This document shows, in pieces, positions 27,257 through 36,447 of a stretch of 64,000 nt of DNA. Every line of letters begins with the position of its first letter. The first letter of the stretch is position 1. The position numbers and the translations under genes are program-made. Source of the stretch: an uncultured Bacteroidales bacterium (GTDB lineage Bacteria; Bacteroidota; Bacteroidia; Bacteroidales; UBA932); NCBI GenBank assembly GCA_946187975.1, contig CAMHTE010000001.1, forward strand, positions 726-64,725. The letters run 5' to 3'. A model generated the notes under the pieces. That model searched no databases. It was not told the DNA's origin and worked only from the letters and a program-made list of their open reading frames with translations.

Positions 27257-28686
27257 GCGAAGAAGCGGTCGTTGAAGTTAACCAGATATACTTTGCGGAC
27301 CGCACGTGTAAGTGCGGTGTAAAGCCATTTGAGATCGTCCACCGTCTGTTCCGGCATCCAGAACGGGCAGTCGATGAACACGCAGTCCCATTGTCCGCCC
27401 TGCGATTTATGGCAGGTAATGGCGTTTGCGTATTTAAGTTGGAGTGCGTTGTAGTAAAGATCCTCGCGCACGGCATCATATATGGCCTTGCGGGTTTTGA
27501 GATGGGCATAGTCCGCGGCTACTCCCTGATAGAGGGCATTCTGCTCCTCCTGCGTAAGCGATGCGGAGGTCGACTCAAGAGTATCCAGACACACTTTGGC
27601 GTGTACCACGGCGTCGGAATAATCCGGGAAAGACAGCGTGGCTTCGGCGAAGTGAAGGCCGTAACGGTCCTCGTATCCACCTATGCGCACCAGGTCAGCC
27701 ATATCGCCGTTGGCTATGTAGTCCATTCCCTCCACGTCCGATACGAACTGGTAGCAGTTGCGCACTATCATCAGTTTGTCGCCCCGCACAAGCCTGTCTT
27801 CCTTGTACTGCACCATGGAACGTATGCCCATGTTGTACCGTATGGCCCTGTTGTTGGAACGGCAGAGGACAATGGCTCCGTCTTCGCCGTAATCGGAATA
27901 GGCCTGGGAAATGGCGTCTGTGAGGGCTTCCCCGGAAACGCGTTCCACGTCGTCGCAGCCGGACAGGTCCAGTTTAAGGCTTTCGAAAGTGTCGCCCGGG
28001 GCGGCACTGCGTATCATCTCGCGCAGCATCGTGGCATTGCGCAGTATGCCGGATTCCTTCTCCTGACGGACCACTGTCGTGAGCGTGGCGTAACTCACCC
28101 CGCCGAATGCATCCATGAACGAAGGATCCAGGGCGGGACTTTCCTCAAGCCCGACCGGAGGCAGCTGGGCAGCGTCACCCACGAGTATCAGGCGGCAGTC
28201 GTTGCCGGCGCGGACGAACTGCACGAGGTCCTCCAGAAGGTTTCCGCTTCCGAAAGCGGCCATCCCCTGCCGGGCGGAATCCTCTATGCCTATCAGCGAC
28301 ACTTCGTCCACCACATAAAGGGTATTCTTCGCCTTGTTGGGAGCGAGGCTGAACTGCCCCGTACCATCGGCTCCGACGCTTTTCTGCCGGTAAATATGCT
28401 TATGAATGGTGCTGGCTGGCCTGTGTGCCATTCCGGACAGGACCTTGGCAGCCCTTCCCGTAGGAGCCAGCAGCACGGTTGATACCTTGAGGGCCTCCAG
28501 CGACGACACTATCGCGGCCAGGGCCGTGGTCTTTCCGGTTCCGGCATAGCCGTTAACCACCAGTATATCGCCGTCATCCCCCGTCAGGAATTCCGCCACG
28601 GCATGCAGCAGGCGGTCCTGACATCCGGTCGCATCAACCGGCATCCTTTTTACGAAATCGGAATATAGGAAGGCGCTCCTGTCCAT
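27253..28686 (-). CDS. RecD-like SF1B helicase
   Basis: GYAGTGKT, APTGRAA, VDEVS, GDAAQLPPV, AITCHKSQG, YTALTRA. Confidence 0.9.
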   Translation of the reverse strand: MDRSAFLYSDFVKRMPVDATGCQDRLLHAVAEFLTGDDGDILVVNGYAGTGKTTALAAIVSSLEALKVSTVLLAPTGRAAKVLSGMAHRPASTIHKHIYRQKSVGADGTGQFSLAPNKAKNTLYVVDEVSLIGIEDSARQGMAAFGSGNLLEDLVQFVRAGNDCRLILVGDAAQLPPVGLEESPALDPSFMDAFGGVSYATLTTVVRQEKESGILRNATMLREMIRSAAPGDTFESLKLDLSGCDDVERVSGEALTDAISQAYSDYGEDGAIVLCRSNNRAIRYNMGIRSMVQYKEDRLVRGDKLMIVRNCYQFVSDVEGMDYIANGDMADLVRIGGYEDRYGLHFAEATLSFPDYSDAVVHAKVCLDTLESTSASLTQEEQNALYQGVAADYAHLKTRKAIYDAVREDLYYNALQLKYANAITCHKSQGGQWDCVFIDCPFWMPEQTVDDLKWLYTALTRAVRKVYLVNFNDRFFA

Positions 28687-30141
28687 CTATCTTCTCCTTC
28701 GGCTGAAGATGACGGATACGACTGCAAGCACCGGATAGATCTCCACGCGGCCCATGAACATGTCGATGGTATACATCAGCTTGGCCATGGAGGGCTCCAT
28801 ATTGTAACTGCCGAAGCTTCCGAGCTCGCCTATCGCAGGTCCTACGTTGTCCAGGCAGCTCAGGGTGCCGATTATGGCGTTATGGTTGTCGACTCCGAAC
28901 AGCAGGCAGATTATGAACGACAGCAGGAATACCAGGAAGAACATTGCCACGTACAGTATATGCGGCGTCACCTCGCTGTCGGCGACCGGGCGTCCACCCA
29001 TGCGCACCTCGTTGACGGAAGAAGGATTGAGGGTGCGCTTGAGGTACACTCCGAGACTCTTGAACACCAGCAGCACACGGTCGGACTTCAGGCCTCCCGT
29101 TGTGGAACCCGCCATACCACACTGTATGCCCAGCACCATTATAAGTATGGCCGGAAGATATGGCCATATGCTGTTGTCCACCACGGCGAAACCTGTAGTG
29201 GAGGCATAACTCATTACAGAGAAGGCGCTGTCCACGACCGACCACTTCCAGGAGTCGATTACTCCCTGGGTCTTAAGGCATACGGCCACGATTATAGTAG
29301 CGAGCACGATGGTCCCGGTGTATAATTTGAAAACGTCGTTGTTCAGGGCCTTGAACGATCTCTTGACAACCACCATGTACAGCATGCCGAAGTGCAGCGA
29401 AGCCAGATACATGAAGAATATGCTCACCAGAGTTATGGGCAGCGAATGGAACGACGCTATGGAGAAGTTACGGGTACTGAAGCCTCCGGTGGCGCATACG
29501 CTGAAAGCATGGTTAACCGCGTCGAAGGGCGCCATTCCTGCCACCCAGTATGCCAGAAAAGCCACCAGATTGAGCACCAGATAAACCGAGGTGAATACGT
29601 AAACTGTATTGTTGGCCCTGGTATGGTACGAATCCTTGCTGAGCGACGAAAGTTCCATATTGGTCAGGCGCAGGCGCATTGGACTCGACGTGGGAATGAT
29701 GAGCAGCAGGAACACCACTACTCCGAGGCCGCCGATAAAGTGGGTGGAACTGCGCCAGAACAGCAACGCCTTGGGCAGGGCCTCGATATCTTCCAATATG
29801 CTCGCTCCGGTCGTGGTATAACCCGACACGCTCTCGAACCAGGCGTTAATAACCGTGAAAGGTCCACCCCAGAGGGCATATGGCAGCATTCCGAACACGA
29901 ACGACAGCAGCCACGACAGCACGATGATTACATAGCCCTCACGCAGCGAGATGGCCGCCGTCTTACGGACGAATATGAATGGGAACGCTCCGAAAATGAA
30001 GGTGATGATGAAGCTCACCGACAGCGGGGCCAGCGCGGTGTCCTCCGGGTCGAAGAAGGCAATTACCACCGCGACCAGCATGAACAGCGCGCTCACGAGG
30101 AGCGCGTATCCAACATTCCTGCTGATGGTTTTCCAGTTCAT
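28687..30141 (-). CDS. trkH: TrkH family potassium uptake protein
   Basis: FESVSGYTTTG, ATGGFS, STTGF, GSTTGGLK, NVGP, GRVE; start at ATG 30141 overlapping the upstream stop. Confidence 0.92.
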   Translation of the reverse strand: MNWKTISRNVGYALLVSALFMLVAVVIAFFDPEDTALAPLSVSFIITFIFGAFPFIFVRKTAAISLREGYVIIVLSWLLSFVFGMLPYALWGGPFTVINAWFESVSGYTTTGASILEDIEALPKALLFWRSSTHFIGGLGVVVFLLLIIPTSSPMRLRLTNMELSSLSKDSYHTRANNTVYVFTSVYLVLNLVAFLAYWVAGMAPFDAVNHAFSVCATGGFSTRNFSIASFHSLPITLVSIFFMYLASLHFGMLYMVVVKRSFKALNNDVFKLYTGTIVLATIIVAVCLKTQGVIDSWKWSVVDSAFSVMSYASTTGFAVVDNSIWPYLPAILIMVLGIQCGMAGSTTGGLKSDRVLLVFKSLGVYLKRTLNPSSVNEVRMGGRPVADSEVTPHILYVAMFFLVFLLSFIICLLFGVDNHNAIIGTLSCLDNVGPAIGELGSFGSYNMEPSMAKLMYTIDMFMGRVEIYPVLAVVSVIFSRRRR

Positions 30142-30953
30142 TTCTCGCAATTATCCCTGGCTTTCTTAATGTCGGCAAGCCGCTTCCTTAAGAGTGAATG
30201 CTCCCTGGCAAGCTCGCCCACCGAACGGTTGAGTTCGGCCAGCTGGTCGTCGCCGTCGAACTCATACGCATAGGCGCGACCATAGGTGCGGTAGTTCTTG
30301 AGTGAACGGAGTATCCTGTAAAGCGGATTGACGTAGTACACGTTCAGGAAGAAGAGCAGCATGAGTATCAGCAGCAGACCTACCGCCACCGCGACCATCC
30401 CCGGGATAATACTGCGGTAGAAAGCGCTCTCGAACGTGACCGAATTGTCGGCCAGTTTGTCGTAAATGGCATCCGAAAGCGAGTCGATGTCGCCGCGGAG
30501 CCTGTTGTAACGGGGCTGCAGACGCTCAAAATACCAGGAACGGGTGTCGATGAAGTCCGACTGTAGCACGTCCTGGAGCTCGAGCGAAGTGAGCATGTAG
30601 GCCGCGAATGAGTACTGCACGGAATCCGCCAGATGCTCGATTGCAGTGGAAGCAGCCCCGACGCGCAGACTGTCGCAACGGCGGGCGAAGGCCTCCCGGT
30701 CAAAGTACGGTACGGCCATCGACGATTCGTCCCCAATTACCGCGAGTATGTCCAGATTATAGGCGTTTGCCGCCTCGGAAAGCTTCTGGGCGGCGTTTAT
30801 ACTGCGGATATTGTCGGCGATCATGTCGGAAACGTACGAACTCATGCTCCTGTATTCCATCACGGAAATGATGCTGGATATGAGGAGCACGACTGCTATC
30901 GCAATCAGGCTCAGGTACATTTTGGCCCTTAATGAAAGACGCTTTGCGGCCAT
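30138..30953 (-). CDS. Membrane protein with periplasmic helical (4HB-like) sensor and HAMP-like region, no output domain
   Basis: Two TM segments flanking a helical domain, then NPLYRI..DDQLAELNRS HAMP-like pattern and a short coiled coil. Confidence 0.65.
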   Translation of the reverse strand: MAAKRLSLRAKMYLSLIAIAVVLLISSIISVMEYRSMSSYVSDMIADNIRSINAAQKLSEAANAYNLDILAVIGDESSMAVPYFDREAFARRCDSLRVGAASTAIEHLADSVQYSFAAYMLTSLELQDVLQSDFIDTRSWYFERLQPRYNRLRGDIDSLSDAIYDKLADNSVTFESAFYRSIIPGMVAVAVGLLLILMLLFFLNVYYVNPLYRILRSLKNYRTYGRAYAYEFDGDDQLAELNRSVGELAREHSLLRKRLADIKKARDNCEK

Positions 30954-31034
30954 TTTTAAAATTTCTTTAAAACAACACAAAAATAATAAATAATTCTTAA
31001 ATTTGTAGTAAATCGCACAAAAGGAGGCAGGTTT

Positions 31035-32201
31035 ATGACCGATTCAAAGAAAGGCATCATCCATCTGTGCATCCTTAACGGGGATTGCAGCATTGCAGAC
31101 CTGAGCAAAGGCCTGGATATCAGCGTACCCACGGCCACCAAGCTGGTGGGCGAACTTATCGAGGAAGGCTACCTTCAGGAGAAAGGCAAGGTAGGCACCA
31201 CCGGGGGCAGGCGCCCCAACACCTACGGACTCAATCCCGAAGCCGGCTATTTCCTCGGTATCGACGTAGCCAGGCAGCATTTCCACATTTCGATTTCCGA
31301 CTTCCGCGGAGAAGTCAAATTCTTCATCCAGGACATTGCATTCGTGCTTGAGGCTAACGCCGACTCGTTCCGCACCATGTGCCGCCGTATCAAGGAAGCG
31401 GTCGGAGGAGCAGGAATACCCTGGGACAAGGTCCTGGGCGCCGGCATCAGCCTTTCCGGGCGCGTCAATCCCGAAAAGGGCTTCAGCCTCTCTTACTTCG
31501 TAAGCGACGACATCCCCCTCAAGGACATATTCCAGAGGGAACTCGGCACCCCCATCAACATAGAGAACGACTCCAGGGCCATGACCTACGGAGAGTATAT
31601 GACGCTCGGCAAAGACGCCGACCAGAACATGCTCTTCATCAACCTCAGCTGGGGTCTCGGCATGGGAATGATACTCGACGGACGCCTGTATTACGGAAAG
31701 TCGGGCTTCTCCGGCGAATTCGGACACTTCCCTCTCCTGGATAACAATGTAATGTGCCGCTGCGGCAAGATAGGCTGCCTGGAAACCGGAGCATCCGGAT
31801 CCGCACTCACCAAATGGATTACAGCCCGCCTCAAGGAAGGACGCCGCTCGTCGCTCTCGGCCACTTACAAGCAGAATGGGGAAATCACGCTCCAGAATGT
31901 GCTGGACGCCATCGAAGATGAAGATGTGCTTGCCATCGAAGGCATAGGCAGCATGGGCGAAACACTTGGACGCGGTATTGCGGGCCTGATCAACATCTTC
32001 AACCCCGGCCTTGTGATTATAGGCGGACGCCTGATAGTCGGTCGCGACTACCTGATGCTGCCCATACGCACCGCCGTCAACAAGCTGTCGCTCAGCAAGG
32101 TAAGCGCCGACACCAAGATACGCTTCTCCCGCCTCGGGCGCAGCGCCGCCGCCATCGGCGACTGCCTGCTTTCCCGCAGCAAGTTCCTGAGCCAGCTTTA
32201 G
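31035..32201 (+). CDS. ROK family transcriptional regulator
   Basis: N-terminal HTH with GGRRP, IEND, GEFGH, CRCGKIGCLE. Confidence 0.92.
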   Translation: MTDSKKGIIHLCILNGDCSIADLSKGLDISVPTATKLVGELIEEGYLQEKGKVGTTGGRRPNTYGLNPEAGYFLGIDVARQHFHISISDFRGEVKFFIQDIAFVLEANADSFRTMCRRIKEAVGGAGIPWDKVLGAGISLSGRVNPEKGFSLSYFVSDDIPLKDIFQRELGTPINIENDSRAMTYGEYMTLGKDADQNMLFINLSWGLGMGMILDGRLYYGKSGFSGEFGHFPLLDNNVMCRCGKIGCLETGASGSALTKWITARLKEGRRSSLSATYKQNGEITLQNVLDAIEDEDVLAIEGIGSMGETLGRGIAGLINIFNPGLVIIGGRLIVGRDYLMLPIRTAVNKLSLSKVSADTKIRFSRLGRSAAAIGDCLLSRSKFLSQL

Positions 32202-32210
32202 GCTTTATTC

Positions 32211-33113
32211 CTAGAGGATATTCATGGACTGCTCGCGAATCTTCTCGAGCTCGTCCTTCATCTTTACCACGGCCTGCTGAATTCCGGCGTGGTTGGCCTT
32301 GGAGCCTGTGGTATTGATCTCGCGCCCCATCTCCTGTATGATGAAACCCAGCTTGCGTCCCGGATTGGGCTCTGAATCAAGGGTTTGCATAAAGTATGCA
32401 CAGTGCTGGCGGAGACGCACCTTCTCTTCGTTTATGTCGTACTTCTCCAGGTAATAGATCATCTCCTGCTCGAAACGTTCGCCGTCGAGCTTCATCCCGA
32501 GTTCCGACGCAGCCTTGAGGATGCGTTCCTTTACGGTGGAAAGACGTTCGGCTTCGTAAGATTCCACCTCGTCTTCGAGAGCGAGTATGTTCTTTACCCT
32601 GGACTCCACGTCCTTGCGCAGGGCGGCTCCTTCGCTTATACGGTATGCGTCCACGGCATCCACCGCCTGCTTTATGGCAGCCTCGACCAGGGGCCAGTTG
32701 GTTTCGTCGATAATGTCCTCCTTCTTGGACGAGACAACGTCGGGAAAGCGGAGGATCGAGGCCAGGAGCTCGTTGTTGATACGGTCGGACACGTCCATGG
32801 AAGCACCCGCGAACCCGGGAAGCCCGTCGCGTATGGTGCGCAGCTGTTTGTAATAATCCCCTACCAGGGCCGCGTCGATGCGCTTTGCCGAGGCTTCGGG
32901 CCCTGCCTCCAGGGTAAGGAACATGTCGATGGTTCCGCGTACCAGCCTCTCGGAGAGCATCTGGCGCACCTGAAGTTCGCGGTCTTTGGGAAGAAGAGGG
33001 GATTTAATGCCTATGTCGGCGACCTTGCCGTTGAGCGTACGGATTTCCACCGTCAGGCGGCCGGCCGGGAGTTCAACCGCGGCCTTTCCGTATCCTGTCA
33101 TCGATTTTGTCAT
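32211..33113 (-). CDS. yicC: YicC/YloC family endoribonuclease
   Basis: SMTGYG start, DINEEKVRL, GRKLGFIIQEMGREINTTGSK, KIREQ; true start 33113. Confidence 0.9.
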   Translation of the reverse strand: MTKSMTGYGKAAVELPAGRLTVEIRTLNGKVADIGIKSPLLPKDRELQVRQMLSERLVRGTIDMFLTLEAGPEASAKRIDAALVGDYYKQLRTIRDGLPGFAGASMDVSDRINNELLASILRFPDVVSSKKEDIIDETNWPLVEAAIKQAVDAVDAYRISEGAALRKDVESRVKNILALEDEVESYEAERLSTVKERILKAASELGMKLDGERFEQEMIYYLEKYDINEEKVRLRQHCAYFMQTLDSEPNPGRKLGFIIQEMGREINTTGSKANHAGIQQAVVKMKDELEKIREQSMNIL

Positions 33114-33155
33114 ACAGTTCGCTAAAATACGAATTTTTTTCGATACATTTGCGCC

Positions 33156-34808
33156 ATGCAAGAAGACAAGAAACTCAACTTCCTCGAAGAAATCATCGAG
33201 GACGACCTCAAAACCGGCAAAGTCGACAGCATACTTACCCGCTTCCCTCCCGAACCCAACGGATACCTTCATCTGGGACATGCCAAGAGCCTGTGCATCA
33301 ACTTCGGGCTGGCGCAGAAGTATGGCGGCAAGACCAATCTCCGCTACGACGACACCAACCCCACGAAGGAAGACACCGAGTACGTGGACGCCATTAAGGA
33401 AGATATCCAATGGCTTGGTTTCCAGTGGGATAAGGAGCTTTACGCTTCCGACTACTTCGACCAGCTCTACGAGTGGGCGGAGCAGTTGATAGAGCGCGGC
33501 CTGGCATATGTTGACGACCAGACTCAGGAAGAGATAAGCGCCGGCAGAGGTACCGTTGAGACTCCCGGAAAGGAGAGCCCCTGGCGCAACCGCACTCCGG
33601 AAGAGAACCTGAAGATCTTCCGCGAGATGCGCGACGGCAAATACCCCGACGGGGCGAAGGTGCTTAGGGCGAAGATAGACATGGCCCACCCCAACATGAT
33701 GTTCAGGGACCCCATACTTTACCGTATCAAGCACGCCAGCCATCACCGCACCGGCGACAAGTGGTGCATCTACCCCATGTACGACTACACCCATGGCCAG
33801 TGCGACTCCATCGAGCATATCACACACTCCATATGCACGCTTGAATTTGACGTGCACAGGCCCCTGTACGACTGGTTCATACAGACTCTCGGCATTTATC
33901 CCTCACACCAGTACGAGTTCGCGAGGCTCAATCTAACCTATACCCTGATGAGCAAGCGCAAGCTTCTGGAACTGGTGCAGAAAGGCATAGTAGCCGGATG
34001 GGACGATCCCCGCATGCCCACACTATGCGGAGTGCGCAGGCGCGGCTACACCGCCGATGCCCTCAAGATGTTCTGCGAGCGCATAGGCGTGAGCAAGCGC
34101 GACCAGCTCATGGATATACAGCTCCTCGAGTGGTGCGTACGTCAGGACCTCAACGCCCGTTCCAACCGTTACATGGTGGTTCAGGATCCCGTCAAACTCA
34201 CTATTACCAACTACCCCGAGGGTAAGGTGGAGTGGTTCGACTGCCCCCTCAACCCCGCGGAACCGGAAGGTGCATCGCGCAAGGTTCCCTTAACCCGCGA
34301 GATGTACATAGAACGTGCGGACTTCATGGAGGACGCTCCCAACAAGTTCTTCCGTCTTAAACCAGGAGGAGAGGTACGTCTGAAATATACCTACATTATC
34401 AAGTGCGACGAAGTCGTCAAGGATGCCGCGGGCAATATAACTGAACTTCGCTGCAGTTACGACCCGTCCACCCGTCCCGGCGCAGGCGAATGGCGTTCGG
34501 TAAAGGGTACCATACACTGGGTAAGCGCTGAGTACGCAAAGGAGATAACCCTGCGCAATTACGACCGCCTCTTCACCCTCGCCGACATGAGCCAGGTGCC
34601 CGAGGACAAAGACTACAAGGACTTCCTGAATCCCGACTCGCTCACGGTGGCGAAAGCCTTCGCCGAGCCCGCCCTGCTGGAAGACGCATCCGGCATAGCG
34701 GTCCAGTTCGAGCGCTGCGGCTATTACGTTAAGGACGCCGACAGTACAGAAAAAGAGGCCGTCTTCAACAAGACGGTCTCCCTCAAGGATTCCTACAAAC
34801 CGGAATAG
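33156..34808 (+). CDS. glnS: Glutamine--tRNA ligase
   Basis: RFPPEPNGYLHLGH, YPMYDY, MSKRK, QFER. Confidence 0.97.
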   Translation: MQEDKKLNFLEEIIEDDLKTGKVDSILTRFPPEPNGYLHLGHAKSLCINFGLAQKYGGKTNLRYDDTNPTKEDTEYVDAIKEDIQWLGFQWDKELYASDYFDQLYEWAEQLIERGLAYVDDQTQEEISAGRGTVETPGKESPWRNRTPEENLKIFREMRDGKYPDGAKVLRAKIDMAHPNMMFRDPILYRIKHASHHRTGDKWCIYPMYDYTHGQCDSIEHITHSICTLEFDVHRPLYDWFIQTLGIYPSHQYEFARLNLTYTLMSKRKLLELVQKGIVAGWDDPRMPTLCGVRRRGYTADALKMFCERIGVSKRDQLMDIQLLEWCVRQDLNARSNRYMVVQDPVKLTITNYPEGKVEWFDCPLNPAEPEGASRKVPLTREMYIERADFMEDAPNKFFRLKPGGEVRLKYTYIIKCDEVVKDAAGNITELRCSYDPSTRPGAGEWRSVKGTIHWVSAEYAKEITLRNYDRLFTLADMSQVPEDKDYKDFLNPDSLTVAKAFAEPALLEDASGIAVQFERCGYYVKDADSTEKEAVFNKTVSLKDSYKPE

Positions 34809-34809
34809 A

Positions 34810-35607
34810 TCAGCGGATTTTCAGCAAACCCATTTCGAGTCCCCAGCATCCGTCAGTGATGATGGGGATTTTCTTTCCGTCGGCATCATTAACATAGACG
34901 AGGTCGTCGACGAAAGTGTGCGAATGACCGCCTATAACCAGGTCCAGTCCGCTGGTATGCGGCACGATTTCCTGGTCTTCGTAGTAGCCCATATGGCTGA
35001 GAAGTATGACAAGTTTGCACTTTTCCTCCTTGCGCAGATGGGCCGCCCACTTGTTTATCACCTCCACGTTGTCCAGCTGCCTTATGCGCTGGCCGGTGGG
35101 GGCCGCAACCATCTTGTCTATGTCGGCTTCCATGCCTATGATGCCTATACGCATCCTGCCTTTTGTGATTACCGCATAAGGACTTACATGCTCCTGGAGC
35201 ACTTTGGGGAACTCGCAGTTGGCGCATACCACGGGGCAGTTGATGCGGGACAGACGCTCCGCGAGGCTCTCGATACCTTCGTCGAGTTCGTGGTTGCCGA
35301 GCGTTATGCAGTCGTAACCCAGGGCGTTGACCATTTCCGGCTCGAGCCTTCCGCCGAGTTCGCTGTAGTACGACGAACCCTGGTTGAAGTCGCCTGCATG
35401 AAGCATCAGGACTTTGCCGGCGGGATACACCGAACGTATGCTATCCACGAAGGCGGCTCTCTCGATTATCCCTCCCTTTCCGTCATTTTCTCCACCACGA
35501 ATGGGATCGAAGTGGCTGTGGGTGTCGTTGGTATGGATTATCACCAGCTTGGGCTGGCAGGCCGGGATGCAAAGGCAGAGGGCCAGGAGTATAAAGAGTT
35601 TCTTCAT
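34810..35607 (-). CDS. 5'-nucleotidase metallophosphoesterase half (lipoprotein)
   Basis: Lipobox IPAC, HTNDTH, AGD, GNHE, LSHMG, GGHSH. Confidence 0.88.
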   Translation of the reverse strand: MKKLFILLALCLCIPACQPKLVIIHTNDTHSHFDPIRGGENDGKGGIIERAAFVDSIRSVYPAGKVLMLHAGDFNQGSSYYSELGGRLEPEMVNALGYDCITLGNHELDEGIESLAERLSRINCPVVCANCEFPKVLQEHVSPYAVITKGRMRIGIIGMEADIDKMVAAPTGQRIRQLDNVEVINKWAAHLRKEEKCKLVILLSHMGYYEDQEIVPHTSGLDLVIGGHSHTFVDDLVYVNDADGKKIPIITDGCWGLEMGLLKIR

Positions 35608-35610
35608 GGC

Positions 35611-36447
35611 TTATTCCTCCTCGATAATTACGCGTCCGTCGGTATGCCAGGCAAGGGGCTGGCCTTTGGCGGTCATAGCCCTTACGTCCGCAAGTATGGC
35701 ATCGCCTATACGGATATCGGTAATGACATAATCCCTGGCGTTGCGGGCAAGCTTATATCCGTCACCCCCGTCGAGCATGAAGTCGATGGTGGCGAGCCCG
35801 TAGAGCCTGGAGTCGTCGAGGGGACGTCCTCCAACCTCTGCGGAAACAAGCTTATGTCCCTTGATGTGCAGTTTTGCGTTGGACACGCACTGCACACCGT
35901 GTTCCACCATGTATTCGAAGACGGCCCTGAGATCGCTCCCCTGCACCTGCACGTAACTCAGGTAATTGGCGAAGGGCAGCATGGACACGATGTCGTCCAG
36001 GAGCACGTCGCCCTGGGGAATATCCACGCGTATGCCTCCGAAGTTGGTAATAGCTAAATCCACCCTGCGACGCGGACCCACCGCTTCCGCCACGTCGGCG
36101 AAAAGCCTGTCCACGATGAAATTGCTGAGAGCGCTCTCCGGCCTGTTCTTGACTAGAGCCTCAGGAGCGAAGGCCACAACCTCCTTCAGATGAGCCATTT
36201 CCGGCTGCACTTCGCTCAGCAGCCTCGCCACAGTGGGAGTGGACCCACCTTCGAATACTTTGCCGTTGGGAGCGGTGTAAACATCTCCGTCAACGTTTCC
36301 AAGGGCCTTGGACGGATTATCTGCAGTGGGGACCGAAACCCCCGTACGGTGCCCGTCAATGGGAAACTTCTCCCACGAATAGCGGTATCCGCACGATGAC
36401 AGCAGCAACGCAGCAACCGCAATGGCAACTACTTTTGCTTGAGCCAT
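35611..36447 (-). CDS. 5'-nucleotidase C-terminal (substrate-binding) half (lipoprotein)
   Basis: Lipobox LSSC, NFGGIR, LPFAN, ATIDFMLDGGD, DGR. Confidence 0.85.
   Translation of the reverse strand: MAQAKVVAIAVAALLLSSCGYRYSWEKFPIDGHRTGVSVPTADNPSKALGNVDGDVYTAPNGKVFEGGSTPTVARLLSEVQPEMAHLKEVVAFAPEALVKNRPESALSNFIVDRLFADVAEAVGPRRRVDLAITNFGGIRVDIPQGDVLLDDIVSMLPFANYLSYVQVQGSDLRAVFEYMVEHGVQCVSNAKLHIKGHKLVSAEVGGRPLDDSRLYGLATIDFMLDGGDGYKLARNARDYVITDIRIGDAILADVRAMTAKGQPLAWHTDGRVIIEEE

Noticed and set aside
33114-33857. Apparent long N-terminal extension of YicC (548-aa ORF)
   Set aside because: The extension is antisense to glnS; YicC homology starts at MTKSMTGYG (33113)
34810-36447. Split 5'-nucleotidase as a broken gene
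   Set aside because: Each half has its own lipoprotein signal, and the split form is usual in Bacteroidota
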